A DNA stretch of 64,000 nucleotides from Callorhinchus milii (Eukaryota), in contig NW_024704743.1 in NCBI RefSeq assembly GCF_018977255.1, positions 57,352,001 to 57,416,000 on the forward strand, in the 5' to 3' direction. The position numbers were made by a program, and so were the translations under genes. Positions 58,051-64,000 of this stretch are shown here, piece after piece (the first letter of the stretch is position 1; each line of letters opens with the position of its first letter). Under the pieces are notes generated by a model. The model had not been told where the DNA came from and ran no database searches. It was given only the letters and a program-made list of their open reading frames with translations.

Positions 58051-58932
58051 CTGAAATCATATTCAATACATAATTAGATTTTAAGTATATATATATAAAT
58101 ACACAGTATATATAAACAATAAAACATGTCAAACACATTTTAAAAATCAATATATATTTTAAATATTTCACCCACAAAATACAGACAGTCCCCTTACTGT
58201 ATATTCTGTGAAGCTCTTTGAGACACCTCGATGAAGCGATAAGGTGCTGTATCAAATCGAAGGATTATTTTACTACTATTAATTTAAACAACTGCTAATC
58301 TCAAGCGAGCTTTGCTTTGAGGTACACTCGAGTTTAGAAACGCAGAAGTTAACTTTATCCAAATTTCCAGCTGTGGCGAAGCAATAAATTTGAAATCAAT
58401 ACCGCATTTTAAATGCGACTGAATGGCTTCCCACAGCTGCCTCCCCCTTGCTGTGCATCTAGAGCTTTATTGCCCAGCATCTTCTGTTCTCTTCAATAAA
58501 CCAACTCAGACATCGCCCTGAACTGAACTGGGTCAGTCAGCAACTTACCAACAACGTTAACTTGCCTGGATCTGTACAGTATTTCCCTTGGACTCACTGA
58601 CCTCCCAAATGTACTGTTTGCTGACTGAATCTGTCTGCAATTTACAGTGCAATCTGACTAGTAACAGTTCCCCAGTTACCAATATAACCCCCTCTCAGTC
58701 AAACAGTACCTGGCGATTAGAAGACAGTTTCCATTAATAATACAACAGATTCTCTGTTGTCTATCATTGATGGATGCTGATCGCAGAGGAAGCTTCACAA
58801 TCACTTGGCTTCCTTAACATACAGTCACAGCAGAGAAGCCTCAACATAGGGTGCAGTAGAACTGTTCCTTTTTTAACCCTTAATTTTCCTTAAAAACTCA
58901 ATTCACTCCAAAACCCTTGAGATGCAGAGAAT

Positions 58933-59010
58933 GGGGGGGGGGGGGGGAGAAAAAGACTCAGAGAGAGAGAGAGAGAGAGAGGGAGGGAGAGAGAGAGGGA
59001 GAGGAAGAGA
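58933..59010. repeat. Poly-G and (GA)n microsatellite
   Basis: Directly visible. Confidence 0.9.
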
Positions 59011-59055
59011 GAATTGAATTGCAATAAAGAATGAAACCAGAGAGGAGATGGCCAA

Positions 59056-59366
59056 GGGGTGCAGGGTGGGTGCTGGGTGGGTGCAGGGTGGGTGCTGGTG
59101 TGGGTGGGTGCAGGGTGGGTGCTGGTGTGGGTGGGTGCTGGGTGGGTGCAGGGTGGGTGCTGGTGTGGGTGGGTGCTGGGTGGGTGGGTGGGTGCTGGGG
59201 GTGGGTGCAGGGTGGGTGCTGGTGTGGGTGGGTGCTGGTGTGGGTGGGTGCAGGGTGGGTGCTGGTGTGGGTGGGTGCTGGGTGGGTGCTGGTGTGGGTG
59301 GGTGCTGGGTGGGTGCTGGTGCGGGTGGGTGCAGGGTGGGTGCTGGTGTGGGTGGGTGCTGGGTGC
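59056..59366. repeat. G-rich tandem repeat (GGGTGGGTGCAGGGTGGGTGCTGGTGT-like units)
   Basis: Directly visible; in intron 1 of the SERAF-like gene. Confidence 0.95.
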
Positions 59367-59395
59367 ACGCTGCAGCAGTGTGGGTGCTTATTTAC

Positions 59396-59630
59396 CATAC
59401 TGGCAAAGCTCTCCCTCGTATCCCTTGGAGCAGAAGCAGCTGTTGTTCCTGATGCACAAGCCCCCGTGCTGACAGGGAGGGTCGCACTTCGCCTCGGGAT
59501 CAAACACGAAAGGAACGACCACTCCACGCGTTGCCTTGGACCGGGCTTGGCACAGGGTGGCCAGGAACAGCACACCCTGCACAGCCCACAGGAGAGAGCC
59601 GAGTCCGAGTCCTGAGCCCTGAGCCCTCAT
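59396..59630 (-). CDS. seraf: SERAF-like exon 1: signal peptide (MRAQGSGLGLGSLLWAVQGVLFLATLCQA) plus EGF1 (KCDPPCQHGGLCIRNNSCFC...)
   Basis: ATG in gcaATG context, hydrophobic core ending C-Q-A, gtaaat donor; phase 1. Confidence 0.88.
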
Positions 59631-59699
59631 TGCGGTTGGTGTGATGCTGATGGTGATGGTGATGCGTTCAGCACATGGGAGGGAGACTGTGACCCCCAG

Positions 59700-59805
59700 A
59701 CACTGACTCACTGACTGACTGCCTGACTCCAAGCCAAGTGTCTCTGGCTGCTCTCGATCCCCCCACAGCTTTTTACCCTCAGCCTCCCCCACACGCCAAT
59801 TGGTC
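59700..59805 (-). promoter_or_regulatory. Candidate proximal promoter/5' UTR of the SERAF-like gene
   Basis: CCAATTGG at 59796-59803, TATA-like TAAAAAG (- strand) at 59776-59770, TGACTCA at 59704-59710; locally GC-richer. Motif evidence only. Confidence 0.35.
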
Positions 59806-60400
59806 GCATGCAGTGATTTCCATCTGCTCAGAGCCACTAACTCACCAGAGCGAGGATGTCTCTGGGAATCAGTCACCCCTGAACGCTGACCCAACAGGCT
59901 CTCTACCCGGTTTTCTGACCATCTGTCCCGTTTTCCTGCCTGATGTTGATGTTCTGCAAACTTGTGGTCGAGCACTTTCGGGTTTTATTCTGTTTCTGCA
60001 TCGAAATCTGGTTTTTCTTTTCCGCACGCTTACAATTCGCATTGTAAGCAGCGCTTTTTCACATCTGGAAGACGTCTGAAGACGTCGAAAGGTTAGGTCT
60101 GGATAAGGACCTTGAACGAGAGAAGAGAGCGGAGCAAGTTAGAGGGACTCAAAGATGGGGTTTCAGAGGGCGGAGGAAGAGGGGATGAAAACCACCCGTC
60201 TGCCCACTGATGTTGGGAGCAGTTAGGGTGAGGGGCATGTAGTATTATGAGGGCCATGAAGCAAGCCAGGGTTCACTGACATTCTACACGTCTCTTCCAC
60301 AGAATGCTGGTGGTGGAAAGGTTTGCACAAATGTGCCTTAGAGTTTTGCATCCAACATCGTGTCCTTTGATAACTTGGAGAAACTGAATGCCCCAACCTG

Positions 60401-60720
60401 GTGGAGTCCTGTAGCTCAGTGGTTAGAGCACTCGCTTTGCAAGCGAGAGACCTGAGTTCAATTCCAGGCACAGGGCGAAACCTTGGGCAAGTTTCCTTAC
60501 TCCACACAGAGCCTAATAATAATCCCTCCAAAATCAACAACAATAATAAATTGGTCATTTTCAATCTACGACTGTTTGTGGGACATTGCTGTGCGCAATT
60601 GGCTGCCGCGTTCGCCCACAAATATACAGTCAATTCACTTTACAGTGTGTTCTGTGAAGCGCTTTGGGACGTCCTCCCGACGTGAAAAGCGCTATATCAA
60701 ATGCAAGGATTATTATTATT
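60401..60720 (+). mobile_element. Full-length tRNA-Ala(TGC)-derived SINE, apparently young
   Basis: Intact A/B boxes, retained CpGs, 3' stem-loop, (tta)n tail. Confidence 0.92.
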
Positions 60721-61726
60721 AATTGTTAAACGCCCAACAACATAAAACGTTAGCAATTGTATATTTTGGTTTATCACATTTCTTTATTAAAGCGTATAAT
60801 CCATTCTTAATGCATTTCAGAAATATGAATATATTATCATTCCATGAGTTTGTTTTTAAAACGTTGCCTGTCACTTGCTAACATAATCATTTCGCCATTT
60901 AATGCATTTGTAGCACTATAACTGTACCATGCTATAATCAAAGGTGATCTCAATGATATTTTCCAAACCTATGCATTACTATATATGCCTCGTTCACCCC
61001 ATTATTGGCAGGCGGACCTTCTACCACTCTGCCCCCACCCTCTGGAGCTCCATCCCGCAGTCCTTCCGCCTCACTCCTCCCTTGCCTCCTTCAACACCCA
61101 TCTCAGGATCCTCCTTTTTGACTGTGCTTTCGATCTCCCTGCTTCCCCCCCTGCCCTCTACCCTCCCCAACCCTGATCCCCAGCTCGGGTCCGAAACTCT
61201 GTCTGTCCAACGCCTTGGGACGTCCTTCCGATGTGAAAGTCTCTAGCGTTACCCCAGTTAAGAGCAGCCAACTCAGCACATACTGGGGAATTAAACTGGG
61301 ATGATGCCTTCCTGGTCTCCATGGTTCATCTACTCACTGAATAAACCTCCTGAGCCAGCATTCAAGCTGGAATCCATATTTATATCTTAAACAGAAATCA
61401 ATTCCAACTTTTTTCCGATGAGTAAGAATTGTTATGGGTTGTTCATATAAATCAGCTTCGACAGCTGTAGTTTATCTCAACTCAGTTACTATATCAGTCA
61501 ACACTCGAAGAAACCATTGTAAAACAATCCATCTTGATAGCTGAGACTGAACCAAAACCAGAGCTAATTCATACTTTAAGCATATGGTTTTAATTCTATT
61601 TGTGTTGATTGTTTCACTGGTACTGGATACCACTGTGACTTACTACAGGATGTGTTGGCATGATTCAGAGCTGGTTATCATTCCACGTGACCAGCATGAA
61701 ACATTTCTCTCATATTTGTTAGTGTA

Positions 61727-62920
61727 ACAACAACAACAACAAAATTACATTTGTATATCGCCTTTCACGTCAGGAGGACATCCCAAGGTGCTGGACAGAC
61801 AGAGTTACGGACCCGAGTAGGAAGGTCGGGGTGAGGGAGGGGGCAGGGTAGGGGGTGAAGCAAGGAGATCAAAAGCACAGTCGAAGAGGAGGGTCTTGAG
61901 GTGGCGAGGGAAGGGGCAAGATGGAGGGACTGCGGGATGGAGTTCCAGAGGGTGGGTGCAGAGTGGCGGAAGACCCGTTCGCCGATAGTGGGGCGAGCAA
62001 GGCGGGGGACGTGAAGCAGGCCGGAGCCCGCTGAGCGGAGGGAGCGAACAGGGTGATAGGGGGTTTGGAGGTCAGAGAGGTAGAGGGGAGCATGAGCGTG
62101 GAGGGCTTTGAAGGTGAGGACCAGGATCTTGAACTGTATCCTCTGTGTGATGGGAAGCCAGTGGAGTTGGGCGAGGATGGGGATGATAGGGTCGCGGAGC
62201 CTGGTCGGGAGAGGACACGGGCTGCATAGTTCTGGATGATCTGCAACCTGTGGATGGAGGAGTTGGAGAGTCTGACATGCAGTGAGTTTGCATAGTCGAG
62301 CCTCGATGTTATGAAGGTCTGTATGAGAGTTTCGGGGGCCTGCGGTGTGAGACAGTGATGGAGCTGGGCAACATTGCGGAGGTGGGGGAAGGCAGAGTGG
62401 GTCATGGCGTAGATGTGGGGTAGAAAGGATAGTTGAGGGTCAAGCAAGACCCCAAGGTTCCGGACTGGCTTAGTGAGGTGGAGTGTGCAACCATGGATGG
62501 TTATTATTATTATTATTATTATGGATGGTGATGCTGTCAGCACCTGAGTTGTGGAGGTGCTGACGGGAGCCAATCAGGAGAGCCTCGGTCTTGTTGACGT
62601 TCAACTGAAGAAAGTTAGCTCTCATCCAGGACTTGATGTCTGACAGACATTGTGTCAGGACAGCAGTGGTCCTGGAGTCAAGGGTGGAGGCAGAGAGGTA
62701 GAGGTGGGTGTCAACCGCATACATTTGGAAGTTGATCCCGTGTCTATGGAAGATGTCACCAAGAGGGAGCATGTAGAAATTGAAGGACGGAGCCCTGAGG
62801 AATGCAGCATGAGATGGTTCTGGGGCTAGAGGAGAAATATTTTGTGGAAATGAAGTGGAGATGGTGTGAGAGGTAGGATCAGAACCATTCAAGGACAGAA
62901 CCATGAAGGTTGAGGTGAGA
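61727..62920 (-). mobile_element. L2-clade LINE RT/3' fragment
   Basis: - strand YMLPLGDIF...MYAVDTHLY...WMRANFLQLN; (caa)n tail; very similar to the 26765 copy. Confidence 0.9.
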
Positions 62921-63689
62921 GGAGGTGGATTTAGTGGTCAAGGTTATCAAAAGCAGTGATAAAAGATATAAGATAAAGGCTTGATGTGTTAAAGGGATAT
63001 GGCATGACAGTGTGACTGAGAGCAAAGGGCAGACTCGATGGGACAAATGGCCTTCTTCTATGCTGTAAATTTCTATATCTCTATCCTTTACAAGCTTTTG
63101 TGTGGCTGTCTATGGTATAGGCTTAATAGGCTGATTTACTTTTTCACATTTATGTTTCCTCCATTTGTATTAAGTCACTCTGCAGGATGTTGTAAGCACT
63201 ATCACATCCATAACCTTAAACCATCTTTATCTTTTAACTTCAGTTGATCTGCATTGAATATATCAGCACTGGGATGAGAAGGGTTCAGGGAGGGTTTATT
63301 AAAGATAGGAATGATGACAGCGTTTTTTTAAAGGGGTGGGAACAGTACCAGAGAACAGGAAGAGGTTAACAATGTCAGTGAGTAGAGGGGCAAGGAGGTG
63401 GAGATGGGAGGTAAGGAGTGAGGTGGGGATGGGGTCGAAGGAGCAGGTGGTGGGTTCCATACAGGTTATGGTGGTGATGAGCGAGGAGGGAGAGACAGGT
63501 TCAAAGGTGTGGAGGGAGGGGTGGGAGGAGGAGATGGGGAACGGATAGCAGATGCAGTGGCAGCTGAGCGGATGCCCTCGACTTTGGATTCGAGGAAGTC
63601 CAGCATCGCCTCGCAGATTCAGATCAAGTGGAAAATGCTGTATGATTCAGGCAGGGATCAGTAGAATGGAAGATATACATTTAGGAGGT

Positions 63690-64000
63690 AAAACCAGGAG
63701 ATGCATGAATACCATGAATGAGGAGGAAATCGAATGAGAACTAAAGGTGTTAATTCACTTGTCTCTCGCCATGTCGAAACTGTGAGGCAGCACTAAACAA
63801 GGCAAACAGAATGCTGGGCTGCATTGCAAATCAATTAAGTTTGTAACCACAGAAGTTATTCTCAAACCGTAGAGTGCTCTGATCAGGGCATACCTTGAGA
63901 ACTGGATAAGGTTTACTGGTTGCCATGATATAAGGTCATCCACCTAGGAAGCAGAGAATTATTCCAGAGCTATTGTCAGATTAAACCGTCCCTAAAGCAA
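63690..64000 (+). mobile_element. Degenerate CR1-like ORF2 fragment
   Basis: aaggcaaacagaatgctgggctgcatt (KANRMLGCI) and RAYLEN-like motif. Confidence 0.55.

Larger units (their letters stand above)
54705..59630 (-). other. seraf: Complete 5-exon gene for a secreted 213-aa protein with five EGF-like repeats (SERAF-like)
   Basis: Exons of 235+96+105+96+110 = 642 nt give ATG-to-TAA in frame. Signal peptide plus five WIF1-type EGF repeats matches my recollection of SERAF (Schwann cell-specific EGF-like repeat autocrine factor). The name is from architecture, not a search. Confidence 0.75.

Noticed and set aside
58958..59615. Long Pro/His/Thr- or Gly/Trp/Val-rich ORFs
   Set aside because: Artefacts of the stop-free G-rich tandem repeat in intron 1.
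54705..59630. WIF1 orthologue
   Set aside because: The signal peptide and EGF1 share one exon, leaving no room for a WIF domain.
59631..59975. N-terminal extension of the SERAF-like ORF in the ORF track
   Set aside because: It begins at a non-ATG codon; the ATG at 59630 directly precedes a good signal peptide.

Overview
Vertebrate genomic DNA with spliced genes and abundant L2/CR1 LINE and SINE remnants. The repeat complement suggests a cartilaginous fish, possibly a holocephalan (inference). Nothing prokaryotic is present. (1) The + strand carries the 3' part of VWDE (von Willebrand factor D and EGF domains). I reconstructed 23 coding exons from 327 to the stop at 49071, all GT-AG and phase-consistent, encoding about 1470 aa: the end of the VWD domain, a basic/His-rich linker with a furin-type site, a cadherin-like module and 14 EGF-like repeats, 9 of them on 96-98 bp exons. 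A likely poly(A) signal lies at 51077. (2) The - strand carries a complete 5-exon gene (59630 to 54705, 213 aa) encoding a signal peptide plus five short EGF repeats, matching my recollection of SERAF. It lies tail-to-tail with VWDE, and its first and last EGF repeats closely resemble specific VWDE C-terminal repeats in the same order, suggesting an ancient inverted duplication. Other notable structure: a degenerate duplicate of a VWDE EGF exon with a premature stop, a possible 6-nt in-frame microexon, a 22-bp-period palindromic minisatellite, two SINE families sharing a 3' stem-loop with the L2 LINE, nested insertions, and a tail-only insertion with a 9-bp duplication. Exon boundaries were read by eye; repeat boundaries are approximate and repeat family names come from recollection.
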